From an uncultured Clostridia bacterium (lineage in GTDB: Bacteria; Bacillota; Clostridia; Christensenellales; UBA1750), in contig CANQPP010000009.1 of NCBI GenBank assembly GCA_947625765.1, positions 2,835-66,834 on the forward strand: DNA of 64,000 bases. The letters run 5' to 3'. A model generated the notes under the pieces. That model searched no databases and had not been told where the DNA came from. It saw only the letters and a program-made list of their open reading frames with translations. Made by a program: the position numbers and the translations under genes. Below, in pieces: positions 1 through 8,893 of this stretch (positions within the stretch are counted from its first letter, which is position 1; each line of letters starts with the position of its first letter).

Positions 1-278
1 GCACCGCCGTGCGCGAGACCATCGAGCTGTTTTCCCACGTGGCCGACGTGCGCTTCCAGGCTCTGTTCATCTCCGTGGACCGCATGGAGCGCGGCACCCG
101 CGACTGCTCCACGCTGGACGAGCTGCGCCAGGACTACGGCATCCGCGTCTTCCCCATCGTCACCGTGCGCGACATCATCGCCTTTTTGCACAACGACCCC
201 GTGGACGGCAAGATCTACATCGACGACGAGATGCGCGAAAAAATGGAAGCCTACCTGCGGACCTATGGCGCGCGCTGA
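1..278 (+). CDS. pyrE: orotate phosphoribosyltransferase, C-terminal fragment (5' end outside window; reading frame starts at nt 3)
   Basis: ORF 9..278. The tail ...SVDRMERG...FPIVTVRDI...IDDEMREKMEAYLRTYGA resembles the C-terminus of the ~230-aa OPRTase type seen in Clostridia/Bacteroidia. A hairpin terminator follows. Confidence 0.6.
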   Translation, partial: TAVRETIELFSHVADVRFQALFISVDRMERGTRDCSTLDELRQDYGIRVFPIVTVRDIIAFLHNDPVDGKIYIDDEMREKMEAYLRTYGAR

Positions 279-298
279 CGCGCTGCCCCCCCAAGCAC

Positions 299-336
299 AA
301 AGCCGCGCACGATAGTATCGTGCGCGGCTTTTCCTT
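299..336. terminator. rho-independent terminator hairpin
   Basis: Stem agccgcgcacga (301-312), loop tagta, stem tcgtgcgcggct (318-329), then a T-rich tract. It lies between the convergent pyrE and 371..1078 genes. Confidence 0.75.
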
Positions 337-370
337 CAATTAAGTTGCCACCGCCTATCAAACCGTTTCC

Positions 371-1078
371 TTACAGCCCGAACCGAAACACGTCCGGCAC
401 GATATTCGGGCCGAAGGTGCTTTGGGCCATGCGGTACAGGGCCTTTGCGTGGATCCTGTCGTGCCAGAGGAAGCGCCGGAGCAGCTTCCGCAGGCACCAT
501 TCCTCGTCATAGCTGCCAAGGCGGACCTCGTTCTTGAGGAAACCCGCCTGTGTTTCGAGCGCCGCGAAGCCCCGTTCCCTGCAGGCAAGTATATCGCCTT
601 CGTTGTCCGCGGGCACGCCGATCTCGCTAAAATAATACCCGTTCACGTTCTTTGTGTGCTCGTACATCTCGAGCGCGGTGCGGGGAAGCGGCCCGTAGAA
701 CGTCTCCCGGACCGGCAGACAGCTCCTGTTCTTGTCGGGCACCGCCTGATACAATGTCAAGAAGTCCCGCGCCGACTTGAGCGCCAGCGCTTTCAATTCC
801 TCGTACTCGTCAAAGGACAGAGGCTCCCTTTCCGCATCGAACAGCACGTCCGAATCCGCGTCAGAAATGGTCAGCGTGGACCGCTTTTCCTGCACGATCA
901 CGGGCTCTAAGGCCTCCGGCATATCTATGCCCCGCCATTTGCAGTAGGCTTTGATCTCGTCGGGCATCTTGTTCAGGGCCTGCTCCCCGGAGCTTCCCCG
1001 GGTGAACGCGCCAGCGAAATCTTCCGCATAGAGCAGGCTGTCCCCGCCGTTGTGTTCCCAGACGCATCGTATCTTCAT
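371..1078 (-). CDS. hypothetical protein: HicB/UPF0150-like N-terminal fold plus DinB-like helical C-terminal region
   Basis: Internal ATG (cat at 1076-1078) gives MKIRCVWEHNGG.... The upstream part of listed ORF 371..1408 is Arg/Pro-rich junk overlapping the NUDIX gene. The C-terminus WHDRIHAKALYRMA looks DinB-like. Naming is tentative. Confidence 0.6.
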   Translation of the reverse strand: MKIRCVWEHNGGDSLLYAEDFAGAFTRGSSGEQALNKMPDEIKAYCKWRGIDMPEALEPVIVQEKRSTLTISDADSDVLFDAEREPLSFDEYEELKALALKSARDFLTLYQAVPDKNRSCLPVRETFYGPLPRTALEMYEHTKNVNGYYFSEIGVPADNEGDILACRERGFAALETQAGFLKNEVRLGSYDEEWCLRKLLRRFLWHDRIHAKALYRMAQSTFGPNIVPDVFRFGL

Positions 1079-1137
1079 CGGCCGTCCACTCCTTCGTTTT
1101 TTCCTTTGCCGAAACGCAGGGCGCGCCCCAATGAATC

Positions 1138-1614
1138 TTACGCCCTCGTGACGAAGTGCTTGATCGGCCCGTCCAGGGTCCCGATCTCCGCCTTCAGGAA
1201 CTCCGGGTAGATGGTCAGCCTTTCCAGCGCCTCGATGGGCATCCACCCGAGGACCACGCTGCAGTTGTCCTTCTGGGACACGAACTCGCCGTTTTCTGGG
1301 ATGTCCAGCTCCCCGCAGGGCTCGACCAGGAAATAAAAGTTCAGCTCGTGCGTCAGCTTCCCGTTCCATTCCCAGAAGCTCTCCTCGCTCCACAACAGCC
1401 TTCCACACTTGACCCGAACGCCCATTTCCTCCTCCGTCTCGCGGACGAGTCCTTCTTCCAGCGTCTCCCCCAGCTTGATGTGGCCGCCCGGCAGGGCGTA
1501 TTCGTTTCCGTCCTTCTCCCTCTGTACGAGTATCCTGTTCCCCCTGACCAGCACGGCGGCGGCGCGCACGCCGCAGCTGAAGCCGTCGCCGGAAAAGAGC
1601 CAGTCCCGATCCAT
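1138..1614 (-). CDS. NUDIX hydrolase
   Basis: Nudix box GGHIKLGETLEEGLVRETEEEMGV. Start is at MDRDW (cat 1612-1614), preceded by GGAGG (reverse complement of 1621-1627). Confidence 0.85.
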   Translation of the reverse strand: MDRDWLFSGDGFSCGVRAAAVLVRGNRILVQREKDGNEYALPGGHIKLGETLEEGLVRETEEEMGVRVKCGRLLWSEESFWEWNGKLTHELNFYFLVEPCGELDIPENGEFVSQKDNCSVVLGWMPIEALERLTIYPEFLKAEIGTLDGPIKHFVTRA

Positions 1615-1678
1615 CCTAAAACCTCCCCGTCTTGTTTTGAGGCGCGCTAAAAACATCCCCCAAGCGCGCAGAAAGTCC

Positions 1679-1716
1679 GAAAACGCTCCGGCGTTCATAC
1701 CGTCGGAGCGTTTTTG
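1679..1716 (-). terminator. terminator downstream of gltX (hairpin usable in both directions)
   Basis: aaacgctccg (1681-1690) pairs with cggagcgttt (1704-1713), with T/A runs on both sides. Confidence 0.7.
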
Positions 1717-1735
1717 TTGCTTGTCAAAATGCCTG

Positions 1736-3175
1736 TCAGAACCGGCTCAGGGAGGTCTCAAGGCGTTTCAGCGTCTCCTCCCTGCCCAGCAGCACCGCGG
1801 CCTCCACCGCGCCGCCGGGCGTCACGGCCTTTCCCGTGATGGCGATGCGCAGGGGCCACATCACCTGGCCGTTCTTGACGCCCTTCTCCTGGGCAAAGCC
1901 CAAGAGCAGGTCGTGCACGCTTTCCTCGGTCCAGCTCTCAAGCGCCTGCAGACGGGGCTTTAACTCCAAAAGCGTCTCTTTCGCGCCCTCCGGGGTGGTC
2001 TTCATCTTCTTGTGGGCGTAGAGGGATGTGTCGAAGTCGGGCAGGGCGGTCAGGAAGTCCACCATCTGGGGCAGCTCCGAGAACACCTCCACGCGCGGCT
2101 GCAGGATGCGCTGCAAAATGCCCTCGTCCATGCCCGCGATCCCGGCCTTTTCGTACCAGGGCCGGGCCGCTTCGGTGAACTGCTCCGGCGTCATGCGGCG
2201 GATGTACTCGGCGTTGAACCAGCGCAGCTTGTCCGTATCGAAGATGGCGGGGGACTTGCTCAGTCCCGCCACGCCGAAGGCCTGCTTGAGCTGTTCCATA
2301 TTAAAGAACTCCCGCTCGTCGCCGGGGTTCCAGCCCAGCAGCACCAGGTAGTTGACCAAAGCGTCCTTTAAGTACCCCTTCTCGATGTAGTCGCTGTAAT
2401 AGGCGTCGCCGTTGCGCTTGGACAGCTTCTGGTGCTGGTCCTTCATCACGGGCGCCAGATGGATGTACTCGGGGATCTGCCAGCCGAAGGCCTTGTAGAG
2501 CAGGTTGTATTTGGGGGTGGAAGACAGATACTCCATCCCGCGGATCACGTGGGTGATGCCCATCAGGTGGTCGTCGATCACGTTGGCGAAGTTGTAGGTG
2601 GGCATGCCGTCCTGCTTGATGAGCACCATATCGTCCAGCGTCTCGTTGGCCGCCTCGATGTGGCCGAACACCAGGTCGTCAAAGCCGCTCTCGCCGGTCA
2701 GGGGCACGTTCTGCCGGATGACGTAGGGCTGCCCCTCGGCCAGCCTGCGCTGGACCTCCTCCGGGTCCATGCGCAGGCAGTGCTTGTCGTACTTGAACGT
2801 CTCGCCCCTCTCCGTAGCGGCGGCGCGGCGCTCCTCGATCTCCTCCTTGGTGCAGAAGCAGTAGTAGGCGTCGCCCTGCTCGACCAACTGTTTGGCGTAG
2901 GGCAGGTAGATGTCCTTGCGCTCGGACTGCACGTAGGGGCCGCAATCGCCGCCCACGTCCGGGCCCTCGTCCCAGAGCACGCCGCAGTCGCGCAGCGTGT
3001 CGTAGATGACCTCCGTCGCGCCGGGAACGTAGCGCTCCTGGTCCGTGTCCTCGATGCGCAGTATGAACTGCCCGCCTTGGCTCTTGGCGTACAGGTAGGT
3101 ATAAAGGGCCGTGCGCAGGTTGCCCAGGTGCATAAAGCCCGTGGGGCTGGGCGCAAAGCGCGTGCGTACCGTCAT
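1736..3175 (-). CDS. gltX: glutamate--tRNA ligase
   Basis: MTVRTRFAPSPTGFMHLGNLRTALY (HIGH-type motif) and KLSKRNG (KMSKS). 479 aa. ATG at 3175 with GGAGCGGAAA upstream. Confidence 0.95.
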   Translation of the reverse strand: MTVRTRFAPSPTGFMHLGNLRTALYTYLYAKSQGGQFILRIEDTDQERYVPGATEVIYDTLRDCGVLWDEGPDVGGDCGPYVQSERKDIYLPYAKQLVEQGDAYYCFCTKEEIEERRAAATERGETFKYDKHCLRMDPEEVQRRLAEGQPYVIRQNVPLTGESGFDDLVFGHIEAANETLDDMVLIKQDGMPTYNFANVIDDHLMGITHVIRGMEYLSSTPKYNLLYKAFGWQIPEYIHLAPVMKDQHQKLSKRNGDAYYSDYIEKGYLKDALVNYLVLLGWNPGDEREFFNMEQLKQAFGVAGLSKSPAIFDTDKLRWFNAEYIRRMTPEQFTEAARPWYEKAGIAGMDEGILQRILQPRVEVFSELPQMVDFLTALPDFDTSLYAHKKMKTTPEGAKETLLELKPRLQALESWTEESVHDLLLGFAQEKGVKNGQVMWPLRIAITGKAVTPGGAVEAAVLLGREETLKRLETSLSRF

Positions 3176-3217
3176 GATGTTTCCGCTCCTCTGCATTTGT
3201 GTTGGGAGTTTTTGCCC

Positions 3218-4915
3218 TTACTCGGGCTTGTAGGAGTCTTTCAGGGACACGGTGCAGTTGAACACGGCCTTTTCCGCCGTGGAATCCTTGTCCTTGACGT
3301 AGTAGCCCTGCCGCATGAACTGGAAGCGTTCGCCCACCTGCGCCTCGCCCAAAGAGCGCTCGATCAGGGCATCGTCGTAGAGTTTGCAGGAGTCGTGGTT
3401 GAAGGAGTCCAGTATGTCGCGCTTGACCTCCGTCTCCTCCTCCGCGGTCTCGTCCTCGCCCTTGTCCGAATCCTCCTCGGGGAACATGTAGTCGTAGACC
3501 CGAAGCTGCGCCGGCAGCGCGGTGGCGGCGTCCACCCAGTGGAGGGTGCCCTTGACCTTGCGGGCCGCGCCGGGGCCGCCGGAGAGCGTGTCAAGGTCCA
3601 CCGAGCAGAGCAGCTCCACGACCTCGCCGTTTTCGTCCTTTACCACCTTGTCGCAGCGGATGATGTAGGCGGATTTCAGGCGCACCTCGCGGCCGGGGGC
3701 CAGGCGGAAGAACTTCTTGGGCGGCTCCTCCATGAAGTCCCCGCGCTCGATGTATAAATGCTTAGAGAAGGGCAGCAGCCTCTCGCCCCACTCGGGGTGG
3801 CCCGGATGGTTCTCGCAGGGCAGTTCCACGGTCTTGTCCTCCGGCCAGTTGGTCAGCGTGACCTTGAGGGGCTCCATCACGGCCATGGCCCTGCGGGCGT
3901 TCTCCCCTAAGTCCTCGCGGATGCAGTGCTCCAGCAGGCGGATATCCACCACGGAATCGGCCTTGGCGAAGCCCGCCCGCTGCAGGAAGTCGTGGATGGA
4001 GGCAGGGGTGTAGCCGCGCCTGCGCAGGCCCACCAGCGTGGGCATGCGGGGGTCGTCCCAGCCGGAGACGTAGCCCTCCTCCACCAGGCGGCGCAGGTAG
4101 CGCTTGGAGAGCACCGTGTGCGTCATGTTGAGCCGGGCGAACTCGATCTGCCTGGGATGGGCGGGCAGCTCCTCGCAGTGGTCGCGCACCCAGTCGTACA
4201 GGGGCCTGTGGATCTCGTACTCCAGGGAGCAGAGGGAGTGCGTCACGCCCTCGATCATGTCCTGGATGGGGTGGGCGAAGTCGTACATGGGATAGATGCA
4301 CCACTTGTCGCCCGTGTGGTGGTGCTTTACGTGCAAGATGCGGTAGAGCGTAGGGTCGCGCATGACGATGTTGGGCGAGGCCATGTCGATCTTGGCGCGC
4401 AAAACCATCGCGCCATTGGGGAACTCGCCGGCGCGCATCCTGCGGAACAGGTTGAGGCTCTCCTCCATGGGACGGTCGCGGTAGGGGGAGTTGACGCCGG
4501 GCTTTGTCAGCGTGCCGCGGTTTTTGCGCATCTCCTCCTGGCTCTGCTCGTCCACGTAGGCAAGGCCCCGGCGGATGAAGCTCTCCGCCAGGTCGTAGGT
4601 CTGGTCGAAATACTCGCTGCCGTACACCAGCTTATCCCAATGAAAGCCCATCCAGCGGATGTCGTCCTGGATGGCGTCCACGTACTCCACGTCTTCCTTG
4701 GTGGGGTTGGTGTCGTCAAAGCGCAGGTTGCACTTGCCGCCGAACTTTTCCGCCATGGAAAAGTCGATGTAGAGCGCCTTCACGTGGCCGATGTGCAAAT
4801 AGCCGTTGGGCTCGGGGGGAAAACGGGTCTGAACATGACCGGCCACCTTTCCTTCCGCGATGTCCTGGGCGATGAACTCCTCGATGAAGCTGCGTGCCTT
4901 CGTGTTTTCCTGCAT
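3218..4915 (-). CDS. glnS: glutamine--tRNA ligase
   Basis: FPPEPNGYLHIGHVKALYIDF (HIGH), VLSKRYL (KMSKS-like) and a C-terminal anticodon-binding region. 565 aa from the ATG at 4915, with AGGAG 10 nt upstream. Confidence 0.9.
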   Translation of the reverse strand: MQENTKARSFIEEFIAQDIAEGKVAGHVQTRFPPEPNGYLHIGHVKALYIDFSMAEKFGGKCNLRFDDTNPTKEDVEYVDAIQDDIRWMGFHWDKLVYGSEYFDQTYDLAESFIRRGLAYVDEQSQEEMRKNRGTLTKPGVNSPYRDRPMEESLNLFRRMRAGEFPNGAMVLRAKIDMASPNIVMRDPTLYRILHVKHHHTGDKWCIYPMYDFAHPIQDMIEGVTHSLCSLEYEIHRPLYDWVRDHCEELPAHPRQIEFARLNMTHTVLSKRYLRRLVEEGYVSGWDDPRMPTLVGLRRRGYTPASIHDFLQRAGFAKADSVVDIRLLEHCIREDLGENARRAMAVMEPLKVTLTNWPEDKTVELPCENHPGHPEWGERLLPFSKHLYIERGDFMEEPPKKFFRLAPGREVRLKSAYIIRCDKVVKDENGEVVELLCSVDLDTLSGGPGAARKVKGTLHWVDAATALPAQLRVYDYMFPEEDSDKGEDETAEEETEVKRDILDSFNHDSCKLYDDALIERSLGEAQVGERFQFMRQGYYVKDKDSTAEKAVFNCTVSLKDSYKPE

Positions 4916-4992
4916 GTCTGCCGGTCTCCTTTCCAACCGTATTTTATGGATAGACCCGTTTCGGGCCATCAGGTGAACTGATAAGTATGAGT

Positions 4993-5021
4993 ATTATACC
5001 ACTTACCATGTCTTTTCACAA
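4993..5021 (-). promoter_or_regulatory. candidate sigma-A promoter for glnS-gltX
   Basis: Minus strand reads TTGTGA, a 17-nt spacer, then TATAAT with TGG immediately upstream. It lies about 75 nt before the glnS ATG. Confidence 0.5.
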
Positions 5022-5071
5022 TCGCGGCGGGGCGCCTCCCACGGTAAAGAATGCTTTAAAGCGCCCCTTTT

Positions 5072-6694
5072 CTATTCCTTTACATGTGCCCCGCCAAGCA
5101 GGCAGATGCCGCTGTGGGTGAGGCTCACGCCGTCTAAGGTTTCCCTCTGGGTGTAGCTCACGGCGTAGTGGGTGAGCGGGCAGAGGACGCCGTCCTCGAT
5201 GAGCCTGCGCTCCGCCTCGTGCAGGAGCGCGCGGCCTTCCTCCGAGCGGGTGCCTAAGGAGACTGCCTGTTCAAGCAGCGCATCGTAACTTTCGTCCTCA
5301 TAGCCGATCACGGAACCGAAGTTGCCGGAGGCAAAGTCGCTTAAGAACGGCAGGGGCGAGGAAAAGTCCGGCATCAGCGCCCAGAGGCTCACGTCGAAGT
5401 CCCCGGCGTAGAACAGATCCAGATATTCCTCGAAGTCGGGCGTCAGCAGCTCCGTTTCCACGCCCAGCAGTTCCCGCCAGCCGTCCGCCACGCTCTGGGC
5501 CAGGCGGACGATCTTGTCGTCCCCGTAGGCCAGCAGGCGGATGGGGCGGCCATCCCAGGCGTCCATGAGGAGCGCTTCCCCCTGCCCGCGCATCCGCTCC
5601 GCCGTGTCGGTCAGGAGCGGGCCGCCCTCGGTGAAGAAGTCCCGGCCGTCCTGCACGTCCACGCCCGGCCCCACCAGCGACAGCGCCGCGAAGGAGCCGT
5701 CCGCCAGCGCCGCGGCCGCCGCCTCCGTATCCACGCAGAGGAGCAGCGCCTTCCGCAGGGCCGCGTCCGCCGTCGGGCAGCCCTTATTCAGGTTGAACAC
5801 CAGCGCCCGCGTGCCCGTGCGGGCCTGCCGACGGACGGTGAGCCCCTGCCCGAACACCTCCTGCTCCAGGGCCAGGTCGGCCTCCCCCGCGTCCAGCAGC
5901 CGCCGCGCGTCGCCGAATAGGAGGCAGATCTCCTCCGGCTCTGCCGCCGCGCCGCCCGTGTAGGTCTCGCTGCGGATGAGCGTCAGGCTCTGCCCGTCCT
6001 GTTTCCCAAGCACATACGGCCCATTGGTGCAGGCGGCGTCCGGCTCCTGCCCCTCCTTCACCGGGGATAGGCAGGGGTGCGCCAGCACCTCGTCCAGATA
6101 ATCGCAGGGCTTAAGCAGCCGCAGCTCCAGCGTTTCCTCGTCCAGCGCCTGCGCGCCCAGCTCCTCCGGCGCCTTCTCGCCCAGCGCCACCGCCTCGCCG
6201 TTCAGGAAGTAGGCGGACAGGTCGTAGCCGTAGACCGCGTCCAGCTCCGGGGCGACCGCCCGGCGGAAGGCGTAGACGAAGTCCTGCGCCGTGAGCTTCG
6301 TGCCGTCGGACCAGCAGGCGTCCGGCCGCAGGTGCAGCGTCCAGGTCAGGCCGTCTGCGCTCACCTCCGCGCTCTCCGCCGCGCCCGGCAAGACCTGCCC
6401 GTCCGCGCCGTAGCGGTACAGCCCTTCGTACAGAAGGGCCATGCAGCTGTGGGTGTCCAGCCCCACGGACAGCGCCGGATCCAGGGTCTGTGGCATCTCG
6501 CTCCCCAAACAGGCCCGCAGGACGAAGCCCTCTTCCTCCGGCTGTGCCGTCTCCGCGGGCGCGGCCGTCTGCGCGGCCCCCTCCGTTTCGCCGGGCAGCG
6601 TCAGGGGCGTTTCCTTCGGCCCGCAGCCGAGCAGAAGCAGCGGCAGCAGCAGACAGAGCAGCGCTTTCCCCGTCCCCTTCATCCGTTTTGACAT
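5072..6694 (-). CDS. ABC transporter substrate-binding lipoprotein, family 5 (peptide/nickel type)
   Basis: Signal peptide with lipobox LLLLGCGPKE. 540 aa with SBP_bac_5-like sequence throughout. No permease or ATPase gene is adjacent. Confidence 0.8.
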   Translation of the reverse strand: MSKRMKGTGKALLCLLLPLLLLGCGPKETPLTLPGETEGAAQTAAPAETAQPEEEGFVLRACLGSEMPQTLDPALSVGLDTHSCMALLYEGLYRYGADGQVLPGAAESAEVSADGLTWTLHLRPDACWSDGTKLTAQDFVYAFRRAVAPELDAVYGYDLSAYFLNGEAVALGEKAPEELGAQALDEETLELRLLKPCDYLDEVLAHPCLSPVKEGQEPDAACTNGPYVLGKQDGQSLTLIRSETYTGGAAAEPEEICLLFGDARRLLDAGEADLALEQEVFGQGLTVRRQARTGTRALVFNLNKGCPTADAALRKALLLCVDTEAAAAALADGSFAALSLVGPGVDVQDGRDFFTEGGPLLTDTAERMRGQGEALLMDAWDGRPIRLLAYGDDKIVRLAQSVADGWRELLGVETELLTPDFEEYLDLFYAGDFDVSLWALMPDFSSPLPFLSDFASGNFGSVIGYEDESYDALLEQAVSLGTRSEEGRALLHEAERRLIEDGVLCPLTHYAVSYTQRETLDGVSLTHSGICLLGGAHVKE

Positions 6695-6737
6695 ATTTTC
6701 CCTTTCTATTTGTCGCAGTGGCCCATCGGAGCCGCGC

Positions 6738-7634
6738 TCACAGCTCCTTCTCCGCCATCATGTAGTACGTACAAATCTTGTATCCCGCCAGGCCGTAGAG
6801 ATGGTCCAGCCCCGAGTAGGTGTAGCCCAAAAAGGCCTCCTTCATCCCGGCGTCCTTGACGGCCCGCGTCCCGGCCTTGACCATCGTGGCCGCGATGTGT
6901 TTCCCGCGCCAGGCCCGCCGCACGGCGGTGCAGCCCACGCTGCCCAAGTCCTTTCCTTCCGTCTCCACGCCCACGAGCAGCGCGCCCACGGCCTGCTCCC
7001 CGTCAAAGGCGGCCAAGACCCTCTGGCTTCTTTCACCCGTGTATAGTTTCTGGTCCCTGTACCACTGCGCGAACTCCGGCCAGGCGTCGGACACGCAGCG
7101 GCAGACCTCGTCCCTTTCCTCCGGGGCCGCCCAGCGGTACTGCACGCCGTTCAGTATATCCCCGACCTTGGGGCCGCCGCATGGGGCCTGAGAGAGGGGA
7201 AAGCGCATGTCGAAGCAGTTGCAGTCCCATCCATGCCGGTAGCCTCGCTTCTCGAAGAAGGCGCTGGCGCTCTCGTCCAGGCCGGGATACAGCCTCTCGT
7301 TCACCGCGTCGTAATAGTGCCTGCTCGTCGGCACGCCCGGCGTCAGGTAGTCATCCCCCGCGCCTACCACGGCCTTGTGAAAGCCCTGCTCACGGATGCA
7401 CCTCTCCGCTCTCTCCAGCAGCTCCCCGCCGATGCCCTTTTTGCGGTGCGTCTCCTCCACGCAGAGCAGGAGGATCGCGTTCTTCCGCACCACGGACACG
7501 CCGACGAGCCTGCCGCCCTCCCGCTTTTCGATCACGCGGTTTTGAGGGTCGGACAGGATCGCCCGGACGGTCCTCTCCTCCCGGACGGCCAGCGGAAAGT
7601 TCCGCCGAAACGCCTGCGCCAGCTCCTCGCTCAT
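6738..7634 (-). CDS. GNAT family N-acetyltransferase (two acetyltransferase-like halves)
   Basis: Two acetyl-CoA-binding-like motifs: HRKKGIGGELLERAE and WRGKHIAATMVKAG. Start MSEELAQ at 7634 is preceded by GGGAGGGG. Confidence 0.8.
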   Translation of the reverse strand: MSEELAQAFRRNFPLAVREERTVRAILSDPQNRVIEKREGGRLVGVSVVRKNAILLLCVEETHRKKGIGGELLERAERCIREQGFHKAVVGAGDDYLTPGVPTSRHYYDAVNERLYPGLDESASAFFEKRGYRHGWDCNCFDMRFPLSQAPCGGPKVGDILNGVQYRWAAPEERDEVCRCVSDAWPEFAQWYRDQKLYTGERSQRVLAAFDGEQAVGALLVGVETEGKDLGSVGCTAVRRAWRGKHIAATMVKAGTRAVKDAGMKEAFLGYTYSGLDHLYGLAGYKICTYYMMAEKEL

Positions 7635-7730
7635 ATTTCCGTTCCCCTCCCGAACGCCCACGCTTCCCAAAGGGGCCGCGCCCGTCTTTCCCGCGGACGC
7701 GGCCCTGCCGCTTTTTTTGATGGTCCTCCC

Positions 7731-8102
7731 TTAGCGCCGGGGCGGCACGACCTCCACCCAGTAGCCGTCCGGGTCCTCCACGAAGTAGATGCCCATGGCG
7801 GGGTTCTCGAAGCAGATGCAGCCCATCTTCTCGTGCAGGGCGTGGGCGGCCTCGAAGTCGTCGGTCACCAGCCCCAAATGGATCTCGTTCTCGCCCAGGT
7901 CGTACTTCTGCGGGTGGTCGCGCAGCCAGGTGAGCTCCAGCTGCCAGTAGCCGGAATCGTCCTGCAGGAAGCAGAGCTTGAAGCTCTTGTCCTCGGGCTC
8001 GCTCTCCCGCGCCACGTGCAGGCCGAAGGCCTCCTTGTAGAAGGCCAGGCTCTTTTCCATGTCGGACACGTTGATGTTGTTGTGGTTCATGCGAAACTTC
8101 AT
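7731..8102 (-). CDS. VOC family protein / glyoxalase I-like
   Basis: MKFRMNHNNINVSDMEKSLAFYKEAFGL... is a typical lactoylglutathione-lyase-like N-terminus. 123 aa. Confidence 0.8.
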   Translation of the reverse strand: MKFRMNHNNINVSDMEKSLAFYKEAFGLHVARESEPEDKSFKLCFLQDDSGYWQLELTWLRDHPQKYDLGENEIHLGLVTDDFEAAHALHEKMGCICFENPAMGIYFVEDPDGYWVEVVPPRR

Positions 8103-8148
8103 GAAACGTCCCTCCCTTTATGTTTTCAAGCGCATATCAAACGCCGAT

Positions 8149-8868
8149 TTAGTCGTTCCAGATATCTACCCTGTCTCCCCGTTTCGGCAGGCAGACGGCC
8201 CGCAGGCCTTTTCTTTCCATCTCGCCCACGAAGCGGCGGCCCAGCGCCCCGTCGCCCTGCATGTGCATGGGGACCGTGATTTTCGGCTCCAGCCGGGTGC
8301 AAAAGTCCAGCGCGCCCTCCATGGTGGTCCTTCCCATGCGCGGGTCCACCGGGAAGAAGCACAGGTCGATCTTCCCCTTTAAGGGGAGCAGCGTCTCAAG
8401 CACGCCCTGATACAGCGCGTAGGCCTCCTCGATCTCCGCCTGCGTGGATTCCTCCCGCCAGTGCCAGAGGTTGAAGTCCCCCGCGTGGAAGATGCCTTTG
8501 CCCTTGTATTCCACGAAGAAGCTCACGCCCAGGTCCGTGGAGCCGAAGGCGCGCACCTTGAGGCCGTCCTGCTCCACCTGCTCGCCCGGCCGCAGCCGCG
8601 TTCCGGGGAAGGCGGGCGGGAACTCGTAGGAGATGTACTTTTCGCACTCCTCCAGCGCGAATGCCTGCCTGCAGTAGTGGTCGCCGTGGCTGTGGCTGAA
8701 GAACAGCGCCCGCCGGGCAAAGCGCGCAAGCTCGCCCGCGTCCAGCACGCCGCCGTCCAGCCCCTTTCTTCCGGGCACGGCCCGGTCAGAGCAGACGTCG
8801 AAGGCCAGCAGCGTATCGCCCATTTCAAGGGCGAAGCCGCTGTTTTCCAGATAGGTCAAACCCGCCAT
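8149..8868 (-). CDS. MBL-fold metallo-hydrolase
   Basis: HSHGDHY (HxHxDH) metal-binding motif. 239 aa. SD GAGGAG lies upstream of the ATG at 8868. Confidence 0.8.
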   Translation of the reverse strand: MAGLTYLENSGFALEMGDTLLAFDVCSDRAVPGRKGLDGGVLDAGELARFARRALFFSHSHGDHYCRQAFALEECEKYISYEFPPAFPGTRLRPGEQVEQDGLKVRAFGSTDLGVSFFVEYKGKGIFHAGDFNLWHWREESTQAEIEEAYALYQGVLETLLPLKGKIDLCFFPVDPRMGRTTMEGALDFCTRLEPKITVPMHMQGDGALGRRFVGEMERKGLRAVCLPKRGDRVDIWND

Positions 8869-8893
8869 GGCGTTTTTCTCCTCTTTTGTTCGT

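Noticed and set aside
2432-4981. Very long ORFs antisense to gltX and glnS (2432..3757 and 3926..4981). Similar cases occur across the window, for example 8867..10210, 15009..16196, 17278..19122, 27909..30278, 32712..33812, 45590..46840 and 50176..51234.
   Set aside because: Each lies opposite a gene with unmistakable family motifs. Their translations are Ala/Gly/Arg/His/Leu/Val-rich low-information strings typical of stop-poor reverse frames in high-GC DNA. None has a convincing SD or start context.
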